Below, one piece after another: positions 38,866 through 51,940 of a DNA stretch of 64,000 nt; positions within the stretch are counted from its first letter, which is position 1, and each line of letters begins with the position of its first letter. The DNA is taken from contig NC_058368.1 in NCBI RefSeq assembly GCF_018350175.1, forward strand, positions 123,072,001 through 123,136,000, given 5' to 3'. The notes under the pieces are model-generated. The model did no database searches. It worked only from the letters and a program-made list of their open reading frames with translations, and was not told the origin of the DNA. This DNA comes from Felis catus (lineage: Eukaryota). The translations under genes and the position numbers were made by a program.

Positions 38866-40105
38866 AGCATAATCAACTTCCTAAGGAATAAACAGGCTAC
38901 ATCAGTTTGATTTATACTTTGCTTGGTGATGATGGGTGCGAGGTTTACTCATGAAGACTGACAAGGGAAGTGTCAGGAATTTAATGTTCCTTATTATAGA
39001 ATCAATACAGAAGTGATACGTGCTAATAATATAACCCCTCCAAGGAAGGCAGCTTTTAGAAGGATTTTGCAATAGAAATTAGGGGATTTAGTGGATAATG
39101 AGGCCAGCCCTACTGAGAGTCCTCGTAGGAACTGATTGGAAGGTTCCTATGGCACAGTGAGAATGCCATGAGCCAAAGCAGATGGCACGACATCACAGAG
39201 CAGTGGAGGATAATCAGCATGGAGTTGAAACACAAAAGGCTGAATGGAAATGCACGGTTCAGGGAACATGAAATGAAAACCTAATCTTTCAGTTTGAAAG
39301 GATAGTTCCACTTGGATGTCAGAATCTTCTTTCCATACAAAGCTAAGTTTGTCAGACCAGATGATGTGGATTTGTGGTTGAAGTCTTTGCCACGAGCCCA
39401 GATGATCAATCCATCACATATTTATGTCAGAACCAAGGCTAGTGATCCCAGTGGGAAAGGGTGGAGTAGGAAGAGGTAGGATTTTGTGATTTGATACACC
39501 TGTGAGGAGCAGGGAAGACAATCGAGGATGGCCCCTGGGGTCGGTCAGAAGAGGACTATGGTATGTGTAGATGGCTCTGGCCACATACAGTGTGTAAAAC
39601 TGTAGTCAGGTTTGTGAGTGGTTTCAGAAAATAGGGCTAACCCACCTGAATTGATATGGAAGGAGCCTCAAGGAGCACTGGTGTAAACAGGATGTGCAGA
39701 TTTAAGGCTGTACATACAAAAAGCCTGATAGCTCGCCCCTTTGTGATGGTCACCACAAAGGAAGTGAGACGGGCTCAGACAGAGCACTTATCCCATGATC
39801 CTTCTGTTCTTTTTTCCTTATTTGAGCAGATTGCCTCATGAATGACCAACCAGACCTTATTTTACTGGAAAATCATTGAACTACAATCTTCAAATGTGCT
39901 ATCATTTCCCAGTTGGGGAGAAACCTGCCCTTTGCAGGTTAATCCCCTGAAAAATTTCCTATATCAAATATAGGAAGAAGGTATTGATTTAAAACACATA
40001 ATACACTTATGAAAGAAATCATCTATCAAAAAAAATGAAGTTAGAGAGAAAATTGTCTGAGGGCATGATAAATGAGATTAAAATTTGTATTTTATTACAA
40101 ATTCT

Positions 40106-40225
40106 AGCTGACTCAGTCAGAAGAGCATGTGACTCTTGACCTCAGGGTTGTGACTTTGAGCCCCACATTGGGTGTAGAGATTACTTAAAAATGAAATCTT
40201 TAAAAAAAATGAAATAAAATAATAA
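40106..40225 (+). mobile_element. Short old Can-SINE
   Basis: ctcagtcagaagagcatgtgactcttgacctcagggttgtga; TSD aaaa(t/c)ttgtattttta. Confidence 0.88.
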
Positions 40226-41199
40226 AACTTGTATTTTTTAATCAGCTTTCATGTTCAGGGAATGCTCAGTGAGTATCTATAATATTCCACATGGCAGCAA
40301 CAGCTCGCCAGATGCCTGTGGTATTTAAGTGGTTTGGACCAGAAGAGAAGGAAGTTCAGCAAAAGTCTAACAATTAATTTCTGTTGCTTAGCTTGTAACT
40401 TTCTTAGTGGACTGTATTCCCCAAATGTCTCCCTGGATGGGCTAACATTTCCTACTATTTAGTTTCAGTAGTGGAGATCATAGATAGGATTTGGATTTCT
40501 ACTTTCTGATCGCTGTGTGAATGAGCATTAAGAAGTATGCCTTGTAATATTTTTGCTCTCTTTGACCTTTTCTTCCCAACCAGCAATGAAATCCTCTATT
40601 ATATTCCCCATCACACTGTATTATAATTCTGATTTTAATTTAGCTCTCTAGCTCTAAGCAACTGCAAGCCCTATAGGGGCAGAACCAGGTCTCTATTGTC
40701 TCCTCCAAGAATGAATTTACTCCTCAAAATACAGCTCTAATTTAACCTACACCATGAGGTTCTAATCAGTTTTTATTTCACTTAATTGTTGCCTCCTTTG
40801 TTTCTATTGCATTTTGTTCTGTTAAAGTAGCATTTGCTGTATGGTATTATAGGTAATTGGCTGTGTCATGCTTTTTGCCTTAGATTAAATTCATCTTTAA
40901 CAAAAATCTTTATTTGCATCTGTAATATTTTGGTGTTTTGAACTTAATAACTAGACCTATCTTAGAAATCTATCATTCAGCATGTGCAAAATTGGTAATG
41001 ACTCTACCCCTGAAACATGCCATTCCTTTTATATCCTCCGTATGTTGATGGATCCTTATCTACTCATTTTCACACGACAGAACTCTAGAACTTGGTTCAT
41101 TCTACCTTCCACCATTTATACATCTAATAACTTGCTAAATCCTATTAAGTTTACATTTGGAATAACCATTGTCTTCATTCCTTTCATTTCCTTGTTTAC

Positions 41200-42290
41200 T
41201 TAAATGAAAGTGGTCTGATCTACTGCTTTTCAGTGGACTCTTCAGCCCTTTCCCTTTAGCCCATATTTGGCAAAGTTTCAAATATTCTAAGGAAAATAAA
41301 TAAAATCAGGTACATTTCCTGCTTAAAAACCTCAAACCCCATCTTATTACCTATAGAATGCACCCAATACATCCTGCATGGCAAGTAGAGATCTTTATGA
41401 TTCAAATATTTTTTGGATTAATTAATGCCATGGACCCATTTTTTTCATTCCACATTCATTGGCTTTTTGTGTTGTATCCATTCTTTGCTAGCCACTGGAC
41501 AAAGTACTGTGTATACTATATATTATTTATATATAATTGAATATCATATATATGAATATCATACTTATTGGGCATATCAAGATGAAAAGGACACAGCCAA
41601 GACTTTGAGAAGCAAATTCTAGTAGACAAGACCCCTATATAAACTCACACATATGACTAAGTATCATATGACTAATACCACATTAGGGAAAAACACAATT
41701 TCATGGGCATGAGAGGAGAGATGTCTCTGCTTCAGAAAGTCAGAGAAGGCTCAGAGAAGACATTTGAGCACTAAGCAAGACTTTGTCACGTGGACAGAGG
41801 GGAGGGAGTCCTTTCAATCAGAGGTGATAGCACAAGGAACTATAACAATATACTCTTTTCAGGGAAAGAAAAAGCCTAAGGAAAAGTGTAGCTTGTTGTA
41901 GTGAGGGGAGGAGATGGGAAGGTCTGCTGTCCTAGATCTGAAGGAATGTTCATGCCCCACTAGTGATTATGAACTTTTCCCTTATTCACACAGGGAATAG
42001 TGAAACACTATGTGCATCTCACATAGATAACACTGGTGCTTCAGTATGGGTTAAGAGGGAGAGAACCTGGAAACACAGGTATCATTGTAGAGACAACTGA
42101 AATGCTGTGGTTTGAGAACAACAGCAAGGTTGTGTTGACAGCAATGAAGAGCAGAAGATGGGTGCCAAAAGGAATCTAGAGTTGGAGTTCACAGGACTTG
42201 GTCAAATTTAGGTATATTCAGAGTGAAAGAAAGGAAAGAATATGATATGATGGGTGAATGACACTTGGCCAGTCACATAAAAGGGAGTCT
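41200..42290. mobile_element. L2 relics
   Basis: ttcctgcttaaaaacctc...; agtcagagaaggctcagagaagacatttgagc. Confidence 0.6.
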
Positions 42291-42932
42291 TGATTCTTCA
42301 TCAGGGCGCACTAACCCTGATGCCCCCTGACATTGACTTCAATAAATGAGAATTTTAGTTTTCCAGCGAAGAAAACAACACAAAACGAAAAGCAAAGCAA
42401 ATAAACAAATACAGAAGGACCTCCTCTCTTTGTAGTACTCACCTATGGTAACAGATAAATGAAAATTCTTGTGAACTATTTTAAGGCCCTCATCATAAAG
42501 AAGAAGATGAAGCTTAAGAATGTGCAGAGTATTCCAAAGTGAAATGGAGGGTCAGTGAATCTAATTAAATGAGGTAACACAGCCCACTAGTGAAACTCAT
42601 ACCCAGCAGGATTTTCCAGAAACGGGTTTAACATCACTTCTGCTTATCTTATGCCACTCCTTTTTTCACACCCTACCCTCAGCCATACTAAGTGTGTTTC
42701 TCAACCTCTCCTTACCAGTGCACAAACTCTGTTCCCTCTTCTTGTAGTAATATTCATGGAGCATTATGTCCACTGCTACACCTAGGGATAGAACGAGAAG
42801 TCAAAAGGACAGTTTCTCTGCCAGAAAAGAAAGTAAACTTCACCCCTGCAGAGTGAAGGTATAGCTCATTGTGGTCTACTGTGAGCAGGAACGTCCTCTG
42901 AAAACTTTTTTTTAATTGAAAAAGTGGACAGT

Positions 42933-43445
42933 GGGGCTCCTGGATGGTTCAGTCAGTCAGTCAGTTAAGCATCTGACTCCTGATTTCGTCTCAGGTCACA
43001 GTCTCACAGTTTGTGGGATTGAGCCCCGCTTTGGACACTGTGCTGACAGTGAGGAACCTGCTTGGGATTCTCTCTCTCTCCCTCTCTTTCGGCCCCTCCC
43101 CCACTCCTTTCTCTCTCTTTCCCTCTCTCTGTGCTCCTTCCCCACTTGCACACTCTCTCTCTCAAAATAAACACTTTTTAAAAAGGCATTTAAAATACTT
43201 CAAAGGGAAATTAAGTTTATAAATGTATTTTTTTCAGTTTTAGAGTATTAACTAATTTTTTTTAAAAGATATCGAATATATTTCAGAGGCCATTTAAAAA
43301 ATTTTTTTTATTTGGTTAATTGGGGCATCTGGATGGCTCAGTCAGTTGAGCATCCAGATTTTGATATCAGCTCCAGTCTTGATCTCGGGTCGTGAGTTAG
43401 TGCCTGTGTTGGGCTCCATGCTGGGTATGAAGCTTACTTAAAAAA
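42933..43445 (+). mobile_element. Two older Can-SINEs (42933-43185, 43322-43445)
   Basis: ggggctcctggatggttcagtc... and ggggcatctggatggctcagtcag... heads with A-rich tails. Confidence 0.9.
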
Positions 43446-43535
43446 CAGTAATATTAAAATTTGGTTAATTTGAAATATTTTATAAAAAGAACAAGATTTG
43501 CAAACTAATTTGGTTGCTTAAAATGAAAGCTCTAA

Positions 43536-43757
43536 GGGGCGCCTGGGTGGCGCAGTCGGTTAAGCGTCCGACTTCAGCCAGGTCACGATCTCGCGGTCCG
43601 TGAGTTCGAGCCCCGCGTCGGGCTCTGGGCTGATGGCTCAGAGCCTGGAGCCTGTTTCCGATTCTGTGTCTCCCTCTCTCTCTGCCCCTCGCCCGTTCAT
43701 GCTCTGTCTCTCTCTGTCCCAAAAATAAATAAACGTTGAAAAAAAAAATTAAAAAAA
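43536..43757 (+). mobile_element. Very young SINEC_Fc
   Basis: CpGs intact; perfect TSD aaaatgaaagctctaa (43520-43535, 43758-43773). Confidence 0.97.
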
Positions 43758-44554
43758 AAAATGAAAGCTCTAAGATTTCACTGCCTAAGGCAATTTCAAT
43801 TTTAATCTGGAGAGAAAAGCTGTTACTCTGAGGTTTGTACAGCAGACCTCAACGTGCTGCACATAAAGGTTTGGTGACAGAACAAATAACCTCAGGATTT
43901 GTAGTATTGACCAGGAAAACCACAAAGCTAATAGCACCAGAGGCAGAAATTTTTTTCTCACTTCTCACTGCATCTGTCTCCTTCAATGGTCTCTTACAAG
44001 GATGGTGAACAATTATACCATCACTATAAAATTTACAGCCTACTGGGCATAGACATGTAAATGTGCACAAACTGTGGACTCCAGGCCCAGCAGCCCTGTG
44101 GAATATGACAGTGCCTCATTTAGTAATGGTGGTGGGGTCGTTGTGGGGCTGAAGTTTAAAGTCTCAACTAAAGACATCCTTGATAAATAATGTAACCCTT
44201 TTATAGATCATAACTTTTTTCCAGATAAATTAACAATTCCTTCCAAATATATACTGTTTGCACCCTTTCCAAGTAGCTCTTTTTGGGTTTTCCTCTTCAG
44301 GGCTACATCATGGTCAACTTTCTTCTCCCTTTTCCCAGTGTTGTGGGTCTCCTTTTCCTGTGGATACATGAAAGCCTTTCTCATCTCTTGGCAAAAAGGC
44401 AATCTTAGAGTAGTATTTAGGTTATAATTGTCCATGAGAATAAGTCTGTAACTTAGATATTTTGCGGAACTGGGATGAGATGGTGGGTTCTCATCCCTGG
44501 CTGGTGAGCAATTATTTTCTTCCTCTCAGCAAAGCAGTTTGAAAAGTAATTAAT

Positions 44555-47016
44555 CAGCTGAGGTCAAATAGGTTTTTGCCTGCTTTCTCCTCTAGCATTT
44601 TGATGGTCTCCTGGCTTAGTTTTGGGTCTTTCATCCGTTGTGAGTTTATTTTTGTGTATGGTGTAAGAAAGTGGCCCAGGTTCATTTTTCTCCATGTCAC
44701 TGTCCAGTTTTTCCCACCACCATTTGCTGAAGAGACTGTCTTTATTCCAATGGATATTCTTCCCTGCCTTGTCAAAGATTAGTTGGCCATACGTTTGTGG
44801 GTCCATTTGTGAGTTCTCTATTCTGTTCCATTGATCTAAGTGTCTGTTTTTGTGCCAGTACCGTACTGTCTTGATGATTACATCATTGTAATACATCTTG
44901 ATGTCTGGGATTGTGATGCCTCCAGCTTTGGTTTTCTTTTTTAGGATTGCTTTGGCTATTCGGGGTCTTTTCTCGTTCCTTACAAATTTTAAGATTGTTC
45001 TTGCTTTGTGAAGAATGCTGGTGTTATTTTGATAGGTATTGTATTGAATATGTAGGTTGCTTTGGGTAGTATCGACATTTTAACAATATTTGTTTTTCCA
45101 ATCCATGAGCATGGAATATTTTTCCATTTCTCTCATATTTTTAATTTTTCAAATGAATTGAAATTCATTTCAATTTCTTTCATAAGCTTTCTATAGTTTT
45201 CAGTGTACAGATTTTTCGTCTCTTTGGTTAGGTTTATTCCTAGGTATTTTTTGTGTTTTGGTGCAATTGTAAATGGGATCAATCCCATGATTTCTCTTTC
45301 TGTTGCTTCATTATTAGCGTATAGGAATGCAACTGATTTCTGTGCATTCATTTTATAATCTTGTGACTTTGCTGAATTTGTGGATCAATTCTAGCAGTTT
45401 TTTTGGTGGAATCTTCTGGGTTTTCCATATAGAGTATCATGTCATCTGCAAAGAGTGAAATTTGACTTCTTCCTTGCCAATTTGGATGCCTTTTATTTCT
45501 TTGTGTTCTCTGATTGCTGAGGCTAGGACTTCCAATACTATGTTGAATAACAGTAGCGAGAGTGGACATCCCTATTGTGTTCCTGACCTTAGGGGGAAAG
45601 GTCTCAGTTTTTCCCCATTGAGGATGATATTAGTGGTGGGTCTTTCATATATGGCTTTTATGATCTTGAGGTATGATCCTTCTACCCCTACTTTCTTAAG
45701 GGTTTTTATCAAGAAAGGGTGCTGTATTTTGTCAAATACTTTCTATGCATCTATTGAGAGGATCATATGGTTCTTGTCCTTTCTTTTACTGATGTGATGA
45801 ATCCTGTGAATTGCTTTGTGGATATTGAACCAGCCCTGCATCCCAGGTATAAGTCCCACTTGGTCATGGTGAATAAATCTTTTAATGTGTTATTGGATCT
45901 GGTTGGCTAATATCTTGTTGAGGATTTTTGCATCCATGTTCATCGGGGAAATTGGTCTGTAGTTCTCCTTTTTAGTGGGGTCTTTGTTTCGTTTTAGAAT
46001 CGAGGTAATGCTGGCTTCATAGAATGAGTTTGGAAGTTTTCCATCCATTTCTAATTTTTGGAATAGTTTCAAAAGAATAGGTGTTAACTCTTCTTTAAAT
46101 ATTTGGTAGAATTCCCCTGGCAAGCTATCCAGGCCTGGACTCTTGGTTTTGGGGAGAATTTTAATTACTAATTCGATTTCATTACTAGTAATGGGTCTGT
46201 TCAAATTTTCTATTTCTTCTAGTTTCAGTTTTGGTAGTTTATGTCCAAACTAGGGATTTGTCCATTTCTTCTGGATTGCCCAATTTATTGGCATGTAATT
46301 GCTCATAATATTCTTTTATTATCATTTGTATTTCTGCAGTGTTGGTTGTGATCTCTTCTCTTTCATTCTTGATTTTATTTATTTGAGTCCTTTTCTTTTT
46401 GATCAAACTGGCTAGGGGATTATCAGTTCTGTTAATTCTCTCAAAGAACCAGCTCTTGTTTTCATTGATCTGTTCTACTCATTTTTTTTATTTTGATAGC
46501 ATTGATTTCCGCTCTAATCTTTATTATTTCCTGTCTTCTGCTGGTTTGGGGTTTTATTTGCTGTTCTTTTTCTAGCTCTTTAAGTGTAAGATTAGGTTGT
46601 GTATCTGAGACCTTTCTTTCTTCTTTAGGAAGGCCTGGTTTCCTATATACTTTTCTCTTATGACTGCCTTTGCTCCATCCCAGAGGTTTTGGGCTATGGT
46701 GTTATTATTTTCATTATCTTCCATGTACTTTTTAATTTCCTCTTTAACTTCTTGGTTAGCTCATTCATTCTTTAGTAGAATGTTCTTTAGTCTCCCAAGT
46801 ATTTGTTGTCTGTCCAAATTTTTTCTTGTGGTTGATTTTGAGTTTCATACAGTTGTGGTCTGAAAATATGCATGGTATGGTCTCAATGTTTTTGTACTTG
46901 TTGAGGCCTGATTTGTGTCCCAGTATGTGATCTGGAGAATGTTCCATATGCACTGGAGAAGAATGTATATTCCACTGCTTTAGGGTGAAATGTTCTGAAT
47001 ATATCTGAATATATCC
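44555..47016 (-). mobile_element. Carnivore L1 ORF2, inverted 5' segment of a twin-primed insertion
   Basis: Peptides [61 protein letters not shown]. Confidence 0.96.
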
Positions 47017-47844
47017 TTGACCTCATCCACAGCAACTTCTTACTCAACATGTCTCCAGAGGCAAGGGAAACAAAAATAAAAATGAACTATTGGAACCTCA
47101 TCAAGATAAAAACTTCTCCCCAGTGAAGGAAACAATCAGTATAACTAAAAGACATCTGATGGAATGGTAGAAGATATTTGAAAATGACATATCAGATAAA
47201 GGGTTAGTATCCAAACTCTATAAAGAATTTACCAAACTCAACACCCAAAAAAACCAAATAATCCAGTGAAGAAATGGGAAAAAGACATGAATAGATACTT
47301 TTCCAAAGAAGACATGCTAACATGTCTAGAAGATGGCTAACGGACACAGGAGAAAAGGCTCAACATCACTCATCATCAGGGAAATACAAATTAAGACCAC
47401 AATGAGATACCACCTCACATGAGTCAGAATGGCTAAAATTAACAACTCAGGAAAAAACAGATGTTGACGAGGATGCAGAGAAAGAGGATCTCTTATGCAT
47501 TGCTTGTGGGAATGCACAGTGGTGCAGCCACTCTGGAAAACAGTATGGAGGTTCCTCAAAAAGTTATAAATAGAACTACCCTACAACTCAGCAATTGCAC
47601 TACTAGGTATTTATCCAAGAAATACAGGTATGGTATTTTGAAGGGGTATATGCACCCCGATAGCAGTGCTATCGACACTAGCCAAAGTATGGAAAGAGCC
47701 CAAATGTCCATCGATGGATGAATGGATAAAGAAGATATGGTGTGTGTGTGCATATATATATATATATGCACACACACACCATATCTTCTACCATACCATA
47801 TATATATGTGTATATATGTATATGTGTATACATATATATATGTG

Positions 47845-47877
<33 letters not shown>

Positions 47878-47929
47878 CATATCTTCTACCATACCATATA
47901 TATATATGTGTATATATGTATATATATAT

Positions 47930-47975
<46 letters not shown>

Positions 47976-48062
47976 GAATATTACTCAGCAATCAAAAAGA
48001 ATGAGAAGTTGCCATTTGCCACAACATGGATGGAACTAGAGTGTATTATGCTAAGCTAAATA
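47017..48062 (+). mobile_element. Same L1, non-inverted 3' segment; 3'UTR and poly-A missing
   Basis: Starts ttgacctca, continuing from the point where the inverted part ends; ends near [12 protein letters not shown]. Confidence 0.93.
47730..47970. repeat. Perfect 60-bp palindrome plus (TA)/(CA) compound microsatellite
   Basis: 47730-47789 equals its own reverse complement. Confidence 0.93.
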
Positions 48063-48139
48063 AATATATGTGGTATATATGTATATATATATATATATGT
48101 GTGTATACATGTATATACATATAAATACATATATACATG

Positions 48140-48655
48140 TATACCACATCTTTATCCATTCATCAGTCGATGGATATTTGGGCTCTTTCCATACTTTGAC
48201 TATTGTTGATAGCACTGCTATAAACACTGGGGTGCATGTGCCTCTTTGAATCAGCACGCCTGTATCTTTTGGATAGATACCTAGTAGTGCAATTGCTGGG
48301 TCATAGGGTATTTCTATTTTTAATGTTTTGAGGAACCTTCATACTGTTTTCTGGAGTGGCTGCCCCAGTTTGCATTCCCACCAGCAGTGCAAAAGGGTTC
48401 TTCTTTCTCTGCATCGTTGCCAGTATCTGTTGTTGCCTCAGTTGTTAATTTTAGCCATTCTGACTCGTGTGAGGTGGTGTCTCATTTTTTATTTCCCTGA
48501 TGATGAGTGATGTTGAACATTTTTTCATGTGTCTGTTAGCCACCTGGGTGTCTTCTTTGGAAAAGTGTCTATTCATGTCTTGCCCATTTCTTCACTGGAT
48601 TATTGTTTTTTGAATTTTGAGACTGAGAGATTCTTTATAGATTTTGGATACTAAT
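48140..48655 (-). mobile_element. L1 ORF2 C-terminal fragment lacking its 3' end
   Basis: IVKVWKEPKYPSTDEWIKMW on minus strand. Confidence 0.93.
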
Positions 48656-49949
48656 ACTTGGGGCTTTTCTTAAGAGACTTGTTGAATTTCTTTTGTTTTG
48701 TTTATTAGCTCTGAGCTTTTTGCATTTTGTCAGTCACTGGAATGACAGACTTTAAGGAAACACTGATACCGTCCTACTAAAAACAAGGTCAACCAAGCTT
48801 CCCCACCCTGTGAAGAACCCTATGAAGAGCACCTTGCCTATGACGTTGCCTCTTCCTAGCAGTAACACCTTGTCTTTTACTCAGAATTTTTGTGTTTCAC
48901 TTTTTAAGAAACAACATGACTTTTTTTTTAATGTTTCTAAGCTAATGAGAGATAAGGCACAGACATTCATTAAGAAAGCTACTCCAAAGACCTCTAGGAG
49001 GTCATGGCTCATTTTTCCAGGATGTGCAGGCATTCAACATTCATTAATAGGACAATACAAATGTATAATGTTCTAATTAACCTGTACTAATTTAAAAACA
49101 AATTTTCCCATGAAATATCTTTAGAAATAAGATTACATGTAAGTCTAGATAGGAAAAGCAAAGGCTTTAGGACTTGAGTAATACATTGAGCAATGTATAC
49201 ATAGTAGACACTCAAGAAATGACAGGATTAATTTTTGTGACCATTGCTTTTAGGTTTTAATTTGAAGAAAACTATGCATGATTAAATTGTCAATTTAGAA
49301 GATATGTAAGATTTGTAAAGCCAGCTAGAAAATAATTTGCAAGGTTATATTACTGTGTATGTGATACATTGATTTTTTTTATCTATTGCATTAAATAAAA
49401 TATTTTGATATATAGTTGAAATATCTACTAAGAAAAAAAAAACAGTGCTCTAAAGAAATTTCTTCCCATCCTTTTGGAAATTGAGGGCTAGGAGGGGATC
49501 TCAGGGTCAGGAAGTCAGTGAAAACAGAAGGTGAAACTTGAAAGATAAGGGTAAGTAGGGCCAGGGAAACAGGAGGAAAGTCATGTTCAAGATTACGATA
49601 ATTCTGCTAAAGTCTAGCTGAGGAGAGAGATGGAAATGAGAGGAGACACCAAAAATTCCCAGAAAGTTCATGGAAACTGTTTGAAGGGAAGGAGGAAATA
49701 TAAGACAAAAATAGAGGCTGAGAAGGAATGGGGGTGGCGGAGGAGAAAGAGATGGGAAGGTCAGAAAAAGAAATTGAGAAGAAATGAGAAGCTGCTGCAA
49801 AGTAAAAAGAATGGGTTAACAAAGAGCCAAAAGCTCAGAAGGACAAGGCAAGTGGGAGAACAATGACAGTGAGAAGTAGTGAGAAGGAGAGAGAGGAACC
49901 TCAAGGAAAGGCAGGAAAGGGGTGGAGGTGGAACGTGAGAGCAGGTTAC

Positions 49950-50030
49950 AGGTGGCCCTCGCCAATGGCCTCTGCCTAAATTTCCCCCTCCCACGCGGCT
50001 TCCTCACTTCCTCTTCCTTCTCCTCTCTGT
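49950..50030. promoter_or_regulatory. Candidate promoter/enhancer motif cluster (CCAAT, ETS/PU.1)
   Basis: gccaatgg; cggcttcctcacttcctcttcc (tandem GGAA on minus, AGAGGAAGTG). Confidence 0.35.
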
Positions 50031-50934
50031 TTCAAACCTGACACCGAAAGAGAGCAAGCTGGCAAAGACACTTGAAAGTAGGGCAGAAAGGCTTCAGGAG
50101 GAAGGCAGTAGTTACTGTGTCTCATGACCTCTCCAGGTTGACAAATGAGTTTCAATTTAAATGCCAGCTTTGACTGATGACAGCAGCCTGGGCATGGAGG
50201 AGTCTCCTGGGCTCAGCAGAAAAGGGTACAGAGATCAAACATGGAAGCTTCTTACACCCTTGGTAATAGGTAGTGGTGTCATCTGGACAAGTATTTGTCA
50301 TTTCAGGGCTAGAACCAGAACTAAACTGACAACCCTGTCTCTTAAGACCCTGGTTTTGTCTTTTTTTTTTTTTTCTTTCCTGAAGTTCTCTTTTGGTTTG
50401 ATAATGATTTCTCAATTCCTTGTGTCATACCTCTGAATACAAATTAAGTTAGAAGTTCTATTTTCTAGGAATCTTGTCCCCTGAAACCTTCTTAATGCTA
50501 GTCATTCATCATGGTCATTTACCAAATATGGAGCCTTCACTAGATGTCAGATAAGTGGTAGAGAATGATATTAAAATAAAGTATAAGATCGAGTTCCTGC
50601 GCCTGAAAAGCTTGTAGTTAGGTGACACAGTCTGGCCAGTAATAGGGCAATTACAGTACTGCCTCAGGAGTGGACAGCATGGTGTGTTTTGGGATGGCAT
50701 TGGTGGGACATCTCACCCAGCCTTGTAGTGATGAGGGCCAGAGGGAAATGAATGTCAGGAAGAAAGTAGAACAAAAACTGAAACTTGAAAGTTTCCTAAG
50801 AGTAGAGTCAAAGGAAGAGGAGAAGGAAAATTTAGGGCTAGGCAAAGGAATCATTACTGAGTGGAGAACAGAAAGTAGTTCAGCATGCTTGAAAAGAAGA
50901 GAAAGGGTGTGGTCAAATGACATGTGGTATGGAG

Positions 50935-51140
50935 CAGTGGTATGTTGGTAAATCTGTTCTCGAAAAACACACAAACAAAAAAAAAAACAACCTTCATTTG
51001 TAACTTTTGCTCATTTCTGTGGTGTCAATATTCCTGCTATTGCCAAATCTAAACTTCCAATAGTTTATCAATGGACTTGCAAAATTCCTTCATATTTATC
51101 ATTTCCCAAAGGCCAGTAGGAACTGGCTCTAGCATAGCAG
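50935..51140. mobile_element. MER63-like hAT element
   Basis: cagtggtatgttggtaaat...atttctgtggtgtcaatattcc...ccagtaggaactggctctagca. Confidence 0.72.
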
Positions 51141-51940
51141 AAATAAGCAGTAGTCAGATCAAAATAGATCTCCAAGTACAGAACTTTTTCGCTAAGACTC
51201 TGGAAGATACCAAATCTGAAAGTGACATGTTCATATCTTTCATTTAGAAAGATTGTGCCACCCACTCTATAGGGGAATGGATTTGGGGGAGGGACAAGGA
51301 CAAGGCCAGAGGCAGCTTCTTGCCAGCCTTCCTGAGCTCAAACCTTGACTGCACTCTTTTGGTTCTGTGAATTTGAACAAATCACTTAACTTCTGTGTTC
51401 TCTTGTGTTTGCTCATCAAGAAAGTATTGGTAATATCACACAAGTTGTGTGTTTGTTGTTTTTGTTGTTTGGAGCATGTAAAGGGAGATTCTATGGAAAC
51501 ACTTTGTTAAATGTAAAATTATTAATTCATTCTCCCTTGACTCTCCTTATTCCTATCCTTTTCTCTTCCTCTGTCTACCTATTGTTTCCATAATCCTCTT
51601 CTCTGGCCCTGAGTGCTACAGAGGGCATTAAATTGGAAGCAAGAATGCCTTGGATCTACATGCTGCTTGATTACCAACCTAAATTCTGTGGTCTTTTGTT
51701 ATGGTGTAGGAAGATGCCTCTTAATTCTGAAGAGATAAAAACCTGCTGAAAAAATAATAAAACAGATGAAAATTTGATTAATTTAATTACCTGTGTCTTG
51801 TGCAGAGAGAATAGTTTAAGCAAAATAATTGAAAGCTGATGCACCCCACCCCTCCCCCATTTTTTTTTTAGCAAGATGAGTGATGTGTGAGTGACAGTGA
51901 AGCAATATTAATTCTGAGCTAGTAAATAAGAAAGTGGCCT

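Noticed and set aside
42299..42322. Hairpin catcaggg-N8-ccctgatg
   Set aside because: An 8-bp stem is expected by chance in 64 kb.
43536..43620. tRNA gene
   Set aside because: tRNA-derived head of a Can-SINE followed by CT tract, A tail and TSD; the same applies to the other SINE heads.
47556..48257. Multiple overlapping Y/I/H/T/C/V-rich ORFs
   Set aside because: Translation of (TA)/(CA) microsatellites.
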